From the NCBI GenBank assembly GCA_047602405.1, contig JASGHJ010000001.1, positions 416,001 to 480,000 on the forward strand: a stretch of 64,000 nt of DNA, in the 5' to 3' direction. Shown here one piece after another: positions 10,734-19,613 of the stretch. The translations under genes were made by a program, and so were the position numbers. This DNA comes from Anaeromyxobacteraceae bacterium (GTDB lineage Bacteria > Myxococcota > Myxococcia > Myxococcales > Anaeromyxobacteraceae). A model generated the notes under the pieces. The model had not been told where the DNA came from, did no database searches, and saw only the letters and a program-made list of their open reading frames with translations. The number at the start of each line of letters is the position of its first letter. The stretch's first letter is position 1.

Positions 10734-10744
10734 AGGAGGACCGC

Positions 10745-11860
10745 ATGGCACGCTGGCACGATCTCGGTTCACTCGCGCGGTACGACCGTCCCGTGACGCC
10801 GGTGACGGTGGGGAAGCTCCGCCTCGCCATCACCCGGCTCGGCGACCGCCTCGGCGCGCTCTCCGCCATGTGCAACCACGCGGGCGGGCCGCTCGGCGAG
10901 GGCCGCTGCGACGGCGAGTACCTCGTGTGCCCCTGGCACGGCTGGAGGTACCACCTGCTCACCGGCAGGGGCGAGCCCGGCTTCGAGGCCGACGCGGTGC
11001 CGAGCCACGCGGTGCGCGTCGTCGACGGGCGGCTCGAGGTGGACCTGGAGCCGGCGTCGCCGCGGACGAAGGGAGACCACCCCCCACACCCGCTGGCCCG
11101 CCCCATCGCGCGGGCGCCCGGCCCGGTGCGCGTGGTCGGCATCTCCACCACGAACATGGACGTGAAGAACCCGCGCTACTCCACCTCCGACGCGCTCCTC
11201 GACGTGGCGACGCGGTTCGCCGGCGCCGAGCTCGGCGCCGAGGTGCGGACGATCCGGCTCGCCGAGCTCCGGTTCCGCCACTGCGAGGGCTACTACTCGA
11301 AGAGCGCCCGCGCCTGCACCTGGCCCTGCTCGATCACGCAGATGGACGCGGACGACCAGCTCGACCGCGTGTACGAGGCGTTCGTGCACTGGGCCGACGT
11401 GTTCCTGGTGGCGACGCCCATCCGCTGGGGTGGACCGAGCTCGCTCTACGTGAAGATGGTGGAGCGGATGAACTGCATCCAGAACCAGATCACCATCGCG
11501 AACCGGGTGCTGCTGCGGAACAAGGTGGCGGCGTTCGTGATCACGGGCGGGCAGGACAACGTCCAGGCGGTCGCGGGCCAGATGATGGCCTTCTTCGGCG
11601 AGCTCGGCTGCCAGTTCCCGCAGTTCCCGTTCGTCGCGCACAGCCGCGGCTGGTCGGCGGAGGACATGGAGCGGAACGTCGACTACGTGAGGCACAGCCG
11701 CGAGCTGCGGCAGGGCGCGGAGATGCTGGCCGCGCGGGCGGTGCACGCGGCGCAGGCGCTGCTCGAGCACGCGGCGGCGCCCCGCGAGGTCGCCCGCGGC
11801 GGGAGGAAGGCGCATCACCTCTCGCTCGACCCGGAAGGCGGCGGCGAGGCGGGGGAGTAG
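10745..11860 (+). CDS. Rieske [2Fe-2S] domain fused to NAD(P)H-dependent FMN reductase/iron-sulfur flavoprotein domain
   Basis: CNHAGG...CPWHGW Rieske motifs; C-terminal 'CEGYYS...CTWPC', 'ATPIRWG', 'ERMNCI', 'KVAAFVITG'; AAGGAGG RBS. Confidence 0.85.
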   Translation: MARWHDLGSLARYDRPVTPVTVGKLRLAITRLGDRLGALSAMCNHAGGPLGEGRCDGEYLVCPWHGWRYHLLTGRGEPGFEADAVPSHAVRVVDGRLEVDLEPASPRTKGDHPPHPLARPIARAPGPVRVVGISTTNMDVKNPRYSTSDALLDVATRFAGAELGAEVRTIRLAELRFRHCEGYYSKSARACTWPCSITQMDADDQLDRVYEAFVHWADVFLVATPIRWGGPSSLYVKMVERMNCIQNQITIANRVLLRNKVAAFVITGGQDNVQAVAGQMMAFFGELGCQFPQFPFVAHSRGWSAEDMERNVDYVRHSRELRQGAEMLAARAVHAAQALLEHAAAPREVARGGRKAHHLSLDPEGGGEAGE

Positions 11861-11929
11861 CGGAGCGGCGGAGCCGGAGGGCGAGGAGGTCGCCGGCGAC
11901 TGCTGGAATACGGACAGCGCCCGCGTCGC

Positions 11930-13789
11930 TCACACCCGCTCGGCGCGCGTCCGGCCGAACTGCCCGTCCTTCCAGACGACGCCGTTCACGCGGAACTCGA
12001 CGGCCTCGGGGAAGATGCCGGTGATGGTGGCGTGGCCGCCGTGGACGACGACGTGGTGGTGGAAGGCGCAGAGCGGCATGCGGTTCCAGGCGTCCTCCGA
12101 GCCGCCGTGGCTGCGGAACTCGATGTGGTGGCCGTGGTCGCTGCGGCGGCTGCAGCCCGGGAAGCAGCAGCGCGGGTACTTCGCGCGCTGCTTCTGGGAC
12201 ACGGTCTTCGGCTCCATCACGTCGCCGCCCCAGACCGCGATGAAGTGGTCCGCGAGCTTCCCGAGGAAGGCGCCGTCCAGGGTGGCGGACTGCGGTCTTT
12301 CGGCCTCCTCCGGGGTCACGGGAAGCGCCAACGACGCCAGGAACGCCTGATGGAGCAGCAGGGCGACCCGGCGGGGGACCCATACGCGGAATCGCTTCGA
12401 CGCAGACATATGCGCGTCGGTCCGCGCCTGGACGGCCTCCTTGAGCTCGACCACCGTCAGGGTCTCGGCCCGCTTCGCGAATTCCAGGATCTGGTCCTGC
12501 GGGACCTCCTTCAGGAGGAGGAGCTTCGAGTAGCTGAGGCCCATCTCCTTCGCGACCTTGAGCTCGGGCTTCTCCCAGAGGTGCTTCTCGAGCGCGGCGC
12601 GGGTCTCGATGGTGCGGGCCGGGACGCCGAGCCGCTCGGTCGCGTAGTGACGGAAGTCGACGAAGCCGGCCTCCTTGTGGAGCCGGGCGCCCTTCACGAC
12701 CGCCGAGCAGAAGCCGATGAGGTCCTCCCAGCTCTTGATCTCCAGGGAGAGGCCGAGCGCCGTGCCGTAGAGGTCGTCGTCGGTGGCAGCGTCGAGCGGG
12801 TCGAGCTCGACGGCCGGGACCGGGACGACGGGATCGAGGAACTCCCAGGAGGAGGTCTCCGACTCGAGCTTCGCCTCCGCGGCGTTCCGCTTCGTCGGGA
12901 CGTCGAGCGGGTGCAACGTTCGATCGAGGGCGAGCTCCGCGCCCTTCACGTCCCACTCGTCCCCCGGGTGCTCGGAGAGGAACTCCTGCCCGAGCGCCTC
13001 GAGCTGGACGAACCGGTGCGGGCTCTCGACGAGCTCGCCGGCGAGGGCGAGGGCCTTGTGGAGCCGCTCGCTGGCCCGATCCGAGACCGGCACGTCGAGG
13101 TGCACCCAGGGCGCCTCGTCCTCCTCCCTCTTCTCCTCCGCCGCGTCGGGCCCCGGCAGCGCCTTCCGCTCCTTCAGCGCCCGCTTCACCTCCTGCTTGA
13201 GCCTGCGGACCGGCAGCTCGGCCGCGCGCTCGACCCAGCGCGCCTCGTCGTCCCCGGGCGTGACCGGCAGCACCGCGAGCGCCGCCGACGGGCTCACCGT
13301 GCCGGCGTGCACCGCGGCCCTGAGGAGCGGCCGCTCCCGCAGCGCCTTCGAGAGCTGGACCTCCACCTGCGCGGCGCGCCGGCGGGTGCCGAGGAGGTTC
13401 TCGGTGAAGTCGCCGAGGCTCGAGAAGCCCAGCCGGGCGAGCCGGTCACCCTCCGTGAACTTGGCGAGCACCGCGGCGCGGCTGACCTGCAGGGCCCGCA
13501 GCATGCGAGCGCCCTGGGCGAGAGCGCGTTCGTACTTCTCGAGGCCGCCGTCGCCGCGCAGCCAGAGCTCGCGCAGCTCGAACAGCGTGAAGGTCGGGAG
13601 ATCCCACCGCGGCGCGCGGAGATCCCAGCGGTCGCCGAGCGGGTCGCGGTGGGTGATGCTGCTCGCGGCCTGCGCGGAGACGGCGTCGTTCGAGGCAGCC
13701 GCCGGGGCGAGCTCCGGAGGTACGAGCTCCGGAGGCACTCCGCCGACGATCTCGCTGGCCGCGCGCGTCCATACCCGCGATCCTGCCAC
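11930..13789 (-). CDS. HNH endonuclease with long helical (DUF222-like) N-terminal region
   Basis: C-terminal CCFPGC...HGHHIEFRSHGG...NRMPLCAFHH HNH/zinc motif; start position uncertain. Confidence 0.8.
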   Translation of the reverse strand: MAGSRVWTRAASEIVGGVPPELVPPELAPAAASNDAVSAQAASSITHRDPLGDRWDLRAPRWDLPTFTLFELRELWLRGDGGLEKYERALAQGARMLRALQVSRAAVLAKFTEGDRLARLGFSSLGDFTENLLGTRRRAAQVEVQLSKALRERPLLRAAVHAGTVSPSAALAVLPVTPGDDEARWVERAAELPVRRLKQEVKRALKERKALPGPDAAEEKREEDEAPWVHLDVPVSDRASERLHKALALAGELVESPHRFVQLEALGQEFLSEHPGDEWDVKGAELALDRTLHPLDVPTKRNAAEAKLESETSSWEFLDPVVPVPAVELDPLDAATDDDLYGTALGLSLEIKSWEDLIGFCSAVVKGARLHKEAGFVDFRHYATERLGVPARTIETRAALEKHLWEKPELKVAKEMGLSYSKLLLLKEVPQDQILEFAKRAETLTVVELKEAVQARTDAHMSASKRFRVWVPRRVALLLHQAFLASLALPVTPEEAERPQSATLDGAFLGKLADHFIAVWGGDVMEPKTVSQKQRAKYPRCCFPGCSRRSDHGHHIEFRSHGGSEDAWNRMPLCAFHHHVVVHGGHATITGIFPEAVEFRVNGVVWKDGQFGRTRAERV

Positions 13790-13857
13790 CCCGGTCTGAC
13801 AGTGGAGATCGCAGGATCCGGCTGGGGCTCAGGGAGGATCTGAGCCCCCGGGCCCCT

Positions 13858-13906
13858 GTCCCTCGTCTCCGCCCCCGCTGCGCGGGGGCTACGCTCGGGA
13901 CGGACG
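13858..13906. repeat. REP-like intergenic palindromic element
   Basis: GTCCC-TCGTCTCC-GCCCCCGC-TGC-GCGGGGGC-TACGCTC-GGGAC nested hairpin; only one copy in the window. Confidence 0.45.
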
Positions 13907-14019
13907 GGGGGAGAGGGACGGACGGGCAGCCCTCCCGAGAGCCCTCCGAGGCGCCGCGCCGACGTCTGCGTCGACTCCGAGCGCCGCGCAGACGTCTGCG
14001 CCGTCCGGCCCCACCACCC

Positions 14020-14220
14020 TCACCCCCCCGGCGTCCGGGGCGCGACGTGCTCGGTGTACGCCGGGTTGCGGTGGTTCTGATCCGGGTTGTGGGCGTCCCA
14101 GCACGCGTCCGAGCAGAAGTAGAGCTGGAAGCTCTTCCGGTTGCAGGTCGAGACGGCGCACTTCAGGTACGGCGCGCCGAACGCGATCGGCTTCTTGCAC
14201 ACGCTGCACTTGTTCCACAT
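14020..14220 (-). CDS. small Cys-rich putative zinc-binding protein
   Basis: MWNKCSVCKKPI...KCAVSTC...YFCSDACWDAH; GC-biased codon usage; TAGAGT -10-like box 7 nt upstream. Confidence 0.7.
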   Translation of the reverse strand: MWNKCSVCKKPIAFGAPYLKCAVSTCNRKSFQLYFCSDACWDAHNPDQNHRNPAYTEHVAPRTPGG

Positions 14221-14287
14221 GGCCCGCACTCTATCGCGGGCGCGGGGCCCGCGCCGGGCGAGCGGCTCCCGGGTGATGCGCGCCGCC

Positions 14288-15187
14288 CTACAGCGCGCTG
14301 AGCTCGGGGCCCGCGACGCGGACCTCGACCTCGACGTCGCGGCCCGCCACGTCCACCACGGCCGGGGCGCTGACGGTGCGCGCGCCCGAGAGCATCACGA
14401 CCGTCCAGCGGCCGGGCGGGACGGCCTCGACGACCGTGCGGCTCGCGCCGGGGAGCAGGATGGCCTCGCTCGCGAGGACGGCCGGGAGCGCCGCCGGCGC
14501 GCCGGAGGAGGCGGGCACGAGCAGCGCCTGCGCGGAGGCCACGCGGCCGGCGCCGTCGACGGCGCGCACCCGCACCGTCGCGCCCGCGGGGCGCTCGTGC
14601 AGGGCGAGGGCAGTGACGGCCGAGGGGGCCACGTCCACGCCGCGCGCGCCGAGGCGGGCGGCGACCGGTGAGCCGATCCCGGCGAAGACGGCGTAGCGGC
14701 CGGGGCGCAGGGAGACGAGGAGCCAGCGGCCGGCGTCGTCGGTCACGTCCTCCACGAAGTCGTCGCCTTCCGCGGCGACCGCGAACACCGCCACGCCGGC
14801 GAGGGGCTGGCCGGACGCGTCGGCGAGCGTGCCCTGGATCGCACCCGGCTCGGCGGGCGCGCCCAGGGGCGTCGCCTCGACGCTCGCGACCTCGACCGGA
14901 GGCGGCGCGTCCTCGTCCGCCTTCGTGGCGGGGACGGCGGGCGGCGGAGGGACCGGGCGGCGGACGTGCGCGCGCGCCACCGGAGCCGCCGCCGGCGCGG
15001 GCGCCGCCATCACGGCGGCGGGCTCGGCCGAGGGCGCGGGCGCCAGCGGAGCGGCGGCCGGCGTGCGCACGGTCAGGCCGGCCTGCGCGACCGCCTGGGG
15101 AGGCGGCGCGACGCGCGGCGCGAGGGCGATCCAGGCGAACGCGATGCCCGCGGCGACGGCGATGAAGGTGAGTGTGCGCGTGGTCAT
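14288..15187 (-). CDS. carboxypeptidase-regulatory-like domain membrane-anchored protein
   Basis: N-terminal TM, Pro/Ala-rich linker, then 'GAIQGTLADASGQPLAGVAV...TDDAGRW...LRPGRYAV'. Confidence 0.7.
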   Translation of the reverse strand: MTTRTLTFIAVAAGIAFAWIALAPRVAPPPQAVAQAGLTVRTPAAAPLAPAPSAEPAAVMAAPAPAAAPVARAHVRRPVPPPPAVPATKADEDAPPPVEVASVEATPLGAPAEPGAIQGTLADASGQPLAGVAVFAVAAEGDDFVEDVTDDAGRWLLVSLRPGRYAVFAGIGSPVAARLGARGVDVAPSAVTALALHERPAGATVRVRAVDGAGRVASAQALLVPASSGAPAALPAVLASEAILLPGASRTVVEAVPPGRWTVVMLSGARTVSAPAVVDVAGRDVEVEVRVAGPELSAL

Positions 15188-15311
15188 GCGGCGCCTCCGC
15201 ACCCACGGTGTGCAAGGCGCGAGCCCCACCTCGCGCAGGGGACGCGCGGGGTTACCGCGGGGCCTCGAGCCCTGCCCGCGACCCTGGGTCTGCCCCGGCG
15301 CCCGGTCCGGC

Positions 15312-16094
15312 TCAGCGCGAGCCGGTGGCCCGGCGCCGCGTGAGCGGCTCCGCGCCGGGAACCTTCCAGCCCTCGCCCTGGTACTCCATGAACTCGGCGG
15401 TGCCCGCCGCGACCTCGCGGCCGAGGTAGCGCTCCACGACGCGCAGCGCGAGGTCGATGCCGGCGGAGAGGCCCGCCGACGACGCCACCCGCCCGCTCTC
15501 CACGAAGCGCGCCCCGGCGACGAAGGTGGCCTTCGGGTAGCGCTGGCCGAGCGGCTGGACGAACCAGGCGTGGGTCGTCGCCCGCTGCCCGTCGAGGAGC
15601 CCCGCGCGCGCGAGCACGCTCGCGCCGGTGCAGACCGACATCGTGAGGTCGGCCGCACCCGCGACCTTGCGCAGCCAGGCGAGCTCCGCGTCCGAGGCCC
15701 GGTGGGCCGGGACCACCACGAGGTCGGGGGCCGGCGCGTCCGCGAAGGTGTGGTCCGGGACGACGCCGAGGCCGCCGCTCACCTTCATCGGCGCCCTCGA
15801 CTCGGCCACCGTGTACAGCGTGAAGGGGTGGCGGGCGCCGGGGTCGCCCTCCATCTGCGCCATCGTGCGGATCGGCTTCCCCGCCGCGTCGATCATGACG
15901 TCCTGGAAGACCTCCCACGGCCCGGCGAAGTCGATGAGCGTCGCCCCCTCCGAGACGAGGAACGCGACGCGGATCGGCGCCTCCGCCACCGCGACGAAGC
16001 GGTGGCGGTCGTCGGCCGCGCGGGCGGGCAGCGCCGCGGCCGCCGAGGCGAGGAGGAGGAGCACCGGGAGCGGGCGCAGCGCGGTCGAGGGCAT
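15312..16094 (-). CDS. DJ-1/PfpI family protein with signal peptide
   Basis: 'LIDFAGPWEVF', 'MSVCTGASVLARAGLLDGQRATTH', 'SAGLSAGIDLAL' motifs. Confidence 0.9.
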   Translation of the reverse strand: MPSTALRPLPVLLLLASAAAALPARAADDRHRFVAVAEAPIRVAFLVSEGATLIDFAGPWEVFQDVMIDAAGKPIRTMAQMEGDPGARHPFTLYTVAESRAPMKVSGGLGVVPDHTFADAPAPDLVVVPAHRASDAELAWLRKVAGAADLTMSVCTGASVLARAGLLDGQRATTHAWFVQPLGQRYPKATFVAGARFVESGRVASSAGLSAGIDLALRVVERYLGREVAAGTAEFMEYQGEGWKVPGAEPLTRRRATGSR

Positions 16095-16145
16095 GCGGTC
16101 CAATACACCGTCGGGCGACGGCGCGGCGAGGGTACATTCGACCGC

Positions 16146-17057
16146 ATGACCTCCTCCCCGAAGGGCGAGCTCGAGCGCGTCCTCACCGGCTCCCTCGTCG
16201 CCTCCGCGGCCTCCGCGGCGGCCGGCCTGGGCTGGGGCGTCGCGAGCGGCTCCGGCGCGGTCCTCTTCGACGGCCTCTTCTCGGCGCTCAGCCTGCTGAC
16301 GCTCTGGGTGGCGCTCCGGGCGACCCGCATGCTCGGGCTCCCCGAGGACGACCGGTTCCAGTTCGGCTTCCGGCACCTCGAGCCGCTCGTGGTCGCGCTC
16401 CGCGCGCTCGCGCTCGTGCTGGTGTGCGTCTCGGCGGTCGCCTCCGCGGTGAACTCCCTCCTCCGCGGCGGGCAGGCGCTGGACCAGCCCTCGGTGCTCG
16501 CGTTCGCGCTGTTCTCGCTCGCGCTCTCGGGCGGGATGGTCGCCTGGGAGCGGCGGGTGCTCGCGCGCGAGCCGTCGGCGACGCTCGCGCTCGACGCGCA
16601 GGAGTGGCTCCTCTCCGCGCTCCTCTCGCTGGGGATCCTCGGGGGCTGGGCGGGGGCACGCGGGCTCGAGGCCGCCGGCCGGGGGCCTGCGGCGCGGCTC
16701 ATCGATCCCTTGCTCGTGCTCGCGGTGGTGGCGACCGTGGTCCGCGTCCCGCTCGCGGCGCTGCCGCGCGCGGTGCGCGACGTGCTGCTCATCGCGCCGG
16801 AGGCGGAGGTGCAGGCGCGCTTCCGCGCCGTGGTGGAGGCGGAGGCGGCCGCCGCGGGGCTGCCGCGCTGGAAGCTCCACCTGGCCCGGCTCGGCGAGGC
16901 GTTCGACGTGGAGCTCAACTTCCTCGTGCCGCCCGAGCACGCGCTGCCCGCCGCCGCGCTCGACGGCCTGCGCGACCGGCTCGCGGCCGGATTCGGGCTG
17001 CCGGCGCACCGGCTGTGGCTGACCGTGACGCTCACGGCGGACACGCGCTGGACCTGA
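16146..17057 (+). CDS. cation diffusion facilitator family transporter
   Basis: About 6 TM helices; 'SGSGAVLFDGLFS', 'DDRFQFGFRHLEP', C-terminal cytoplasmic domain. Confidence 0.8.
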   Translation: MTSSPKGELERVLTGSLVASAASAAAGLGWGVASGSGAVLFDGLFSALSLLTLWVALRATRMLGLPEDDRFQFGFRHLEPLVVALRALALVLVCVSAVASAVNSLLRGGQALDQPSVLAFALFSLALSGGMVAWERRVLAREPSATLALDAQEWLLSALLSLGILGGWAGARGLEAAGRGPAARLIDPLLVLAVVATVVRVPLAALPRAVRDVLLIAPEAEVQARFRAVVEAEAAAAGLPRWKLHLARLGEAFDVELNFLVPPEHALPAAALDGLRDRLAAGFGLPAHRLWLTVTLTADTRWT

Positions 17058-17154
17058 GGCGGGGCGCCCGCCACGGTGCTCCCCAATTTCCCGGGTCCTC
17101 GCCGGGCCGGGGCACCTTGGCCCACACGGGCGGCGTCGGCAACGTCGAGCGGAC

Positions 17155-17955
17155 ATGGGCGCTCCCCCCGGCGCGGTCGACGTCTGGATCCTCACGCAGG
17201 TGAACGCCTGGCTCGGCCTCTGGCCGCGGCTCGACGCCCTCGTCGAGGTGCTCGTGCAGAACGACCTCGCGAAGGGCGGCCTCCTCGTGGGGGCGCTCTG
17301 GTTCGTGTGGCACGACCCCCGCCCGGACCGCGACCGGCGCCGCGAGCTCGTGCTCGCCACGATCGCGGGCGCGCTCCTCGCGGCGGTGGCGAGCCGGACG
17401 CTGGCCGTCACGCTCGGCTGGCACGCGCGCCCGTACGCGACGGCCGGGCTCGCGCTCCAGCACCCCTTTCCCCTCGAGCTCGACCGCCAGCCGAACGCCT
17501 TCCCGAGCGACCACGCGGCGCTCGCGATGGCGCTCGCGACCGGGCTCGCGTTCGTGTCCCGGCGGCTCGGGGCCGTGGCGGTGGCGCAGGTCGTGCTGCT
17601 CGTCGCCCTGCCGCGCCTGTACCTCGGGCTGCACTGGCCGAGCGACCTCGCCGCGGGGCTCGCGATCGGCGCCGCGGCATCCTGGGTGACCTGCGCCGCG
17701 CCGGTGCGCGCGTGGCTCGCGCGGCCGGTGCTGGCGCGCGCGGAGCGCGCGCCCGGGCTCTTCCACGCGCTGCTCTTCCTCGTCGCGTTCGGGCTCATGA
17801 CGCGCTTCGAGGACGAGCGCGCGCTCGCGGGCTGGGCCGCGGCGGCGGCGGCCGGACACGCCACCGCCGGCCTCGCGGCGGGCGCGGCGCCCCGCCCGGC
17901 GGAGCTCCGGCCGCCCGAGGCCCCGAGCGCGGAGGCGCGGCCCGCGGCGTTCTGA
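17155..17955 (+). CDS. PAP2 family phosphatase (undecaprenyl-PP phosphatase-like)
   Basis: RP, FPSDH and PRLYLGLHWPSD motifs. Confidence 0.9.
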   Translation: MGAPPGAVDVWILTQVNAWLGLWPRLDALVEVLVQNDLAKGGLLVGALWFVWHDPRPDRDRRRELVLATIAGALLAAVASRTLAVTLGWHARPYATAGLALQHPFPLELDRQPNAFPSDHAALAMALATGLAFVSRRLGAVAVAQVVLLVALPRLYLGLHWPSDLAAGLAIGAAASWVTCAAPVRAWLARPVLARAERAPGLFHALLFLVAFGLMTRFEDERALAGWAAAAAAGHATAGLAAGAAPRPAELRPPEAPSAEARPAAF

Positions 17956-18057
17956 GCCCGCCCGGGAGGCGGGCCCGGGACCCGGGCCGCATGACGCATC
18001 GCGCTGCGCCCGCCTGGCACCCCACACGCCGCTGTCGCGGGACGATGCGCCCGGGTT

Positions 18058-19518
18058 ATGCAACCCGAGGTGAACGCCCCCATCACCCTCCCGCTCTGGT
18101 TCGTGGTGCTCGCGGCGCTCCTCGCGCTGGTCGGCCTGCTCGACCGCATCGTGGGCCCGTCGATCCGCTGGTTCGTCCGTCGGCGCGTCGAGGCGGTGGT
18201 GGACCGGCTGAACGCGAAGCTCCGGCTCCGCATCCACCCGTTCAAGCTCACCCGGCGCCACGTGCTCGTGGACCGCCTGAGCTTCGACCCGCGCGTGCTC
18301 GAGGTGGTCGAGGCGCACATGCGCGAGAGCGGCGAGCCGCGCGAGGCGGTCATGGGCCGGGTGCGGCGCTACGCGCTCGAGATCGTCCCGTCGTTCAACG
18401 CCTACGCCTACTTCCGGCTCGGGTACGCGATCGCCCGCGCGGCGGCCCGCGCGCTCTACCGCGTGCGCATCGGCTTCGCCGACGACGCAGGGCTCTCCTC
18501 GATCGATCCCGGCGCGAGCGTGGTGTTCGTGATGAACCACCGCTCGAACATGGACTACGTGCTCGTCTCGTACCTCGCCGCGGAGCGCACCGCGCTCAGC
18601 TACGCGGTGGGCGAGTGGGCCCGGATCTGGCCGCTCCAGAACCTCATCCGGTCGATGGGCGCCTACTTCATCCGCCGCGACTCGCGCGATCCGCTCTACC
18701 GGCGCGTGCTCGAGCGCTACGTGCAGATGGCGACCGAGTCGGGCATCGTCCAGGCGGTCTTCCCGGAGGGCGGGCTCACGCGCGACGGCAACCTGCGCAC
18801 GCCGAAGCTCGGGCTCCTCGACTACATGCTACGCGCGTTCGACGCGCGCAGCCCGCGCGACCTCGTGTTCGTGCCGGTCGGCATCAACTACGACCGGGTG
18901 CTCGAGGACCGCGCGCTGCTCCTCGACGGCACGGGCGAGAAGCCCGGCCTCGTCTCGAAGAGCGCGGCGGCGGCGCGGTTCGCGGTGCGGCAGGCCGGGC
19001 TGTGGATGCTGGGGCGCTGGCACCGCTTCGGGTATGCGTGCGTGAACTTCGGCACGCCGCTCTCCATGCGCGAGTGGACCTCGCGCCGTGGGGTGGACCT
19101 GCGCGCGCTCGCGGGCGACGAGCGGAGGCGCGAGGTCGAGGCGTTCGGCAAGGAGCTCATGGCGGCGGTCGGCAAGGTCGTGCCGGTGCTGCCGGTCTCG
19201 CTCGTGTCGACCGTGCTGCTGGAGGCCCGCGGCGCGCCGGTGCCGGCCCTCGAGCTGCACCACCGGGTGCAGGCGCTGATGCGGCGCCTGGAGCGATCGA
19301 GCGCGGTGGTGTACGTGCCGCGGACGGATGAGGAGTACGCGACCGCGGTGGGGCTCCGGATGCTCACCCTCCGGCGGCTGGTCGAGGAGCGGGAGGGCGG
19401 GTTCGTCGCAACCTCCGGTGAGGAGCGGGTGCTGCGCTACTACGCGGGCTCGATCGGCCACCTCGTCGCGGCGGCGGCGGCCCGCGAAACGGACGCTGGG
19501 TCCGCGCCGGCGGCCTGA
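18058..19518 (+). CDS. phospholipid/glycerol-3-phosphate acyltransferase (PlsB-like)
   Basis: NHRSNMD (HX4D), GAYFIRR, FPEGGLTRDG motifs. Confidence 0.9.
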   Translation: MQPEVNAPITLPLWFVVLAALLALVGLLDRIVGPSIRWFVRRRVEAVVDRLNAKLRLRIHPFKLTRRHVLVDRLSFDPRVLEVVEAHMRESGEPREAVMGRVRRYALEIVPSFNAYAYFRLGYAIARAAARALYRVRIGFADDAGLSSIDPGASVVFVMNHRSNMDYVLVSYLAAERTALSYAVGEWARIWPLQNLIRSMGAYFIRRDSRDPLYRRVLERYVQMATESGIVQAVFPEGGLTRDGNLRTPKLGLLDYMLRAFDARSPRDLVFVPVGINYDRVLEDRALLLDGTGEKPGLVSKSAAAARFAVRQAGLWMLGRWHRFGYACVNFGTPLSMREWTSRRGVDLRALAGDERRREVEAFGKELMAAVGKVVPVLPVSLVSTVLLEARGAPVPALELHHRVQALMRRLERSSAVVYVPRTDEEYATAVGLRMLTLRRLVEEREGGFVATSGEERVLRYYAGSIGHLVAAAAARETDAGSAPAA

Positions 19519-19613
19519 GGACCCCCGGGGCGCACGGCCGCACCGCCCGGGACACTGCCCGGCCTCGCGCCGCCGTGTTACTCAACGTTTCATGGGGGAC
19601 CGGCTCGCCGGCG

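Noticed and set aside
11930..13789. HNH protein as IscB/Cas9-like RNA-guided nuclease
   Set aside because: No split RuvC motifs or PLMP N-terminus recognised; HNH is at the extreme C-terminus
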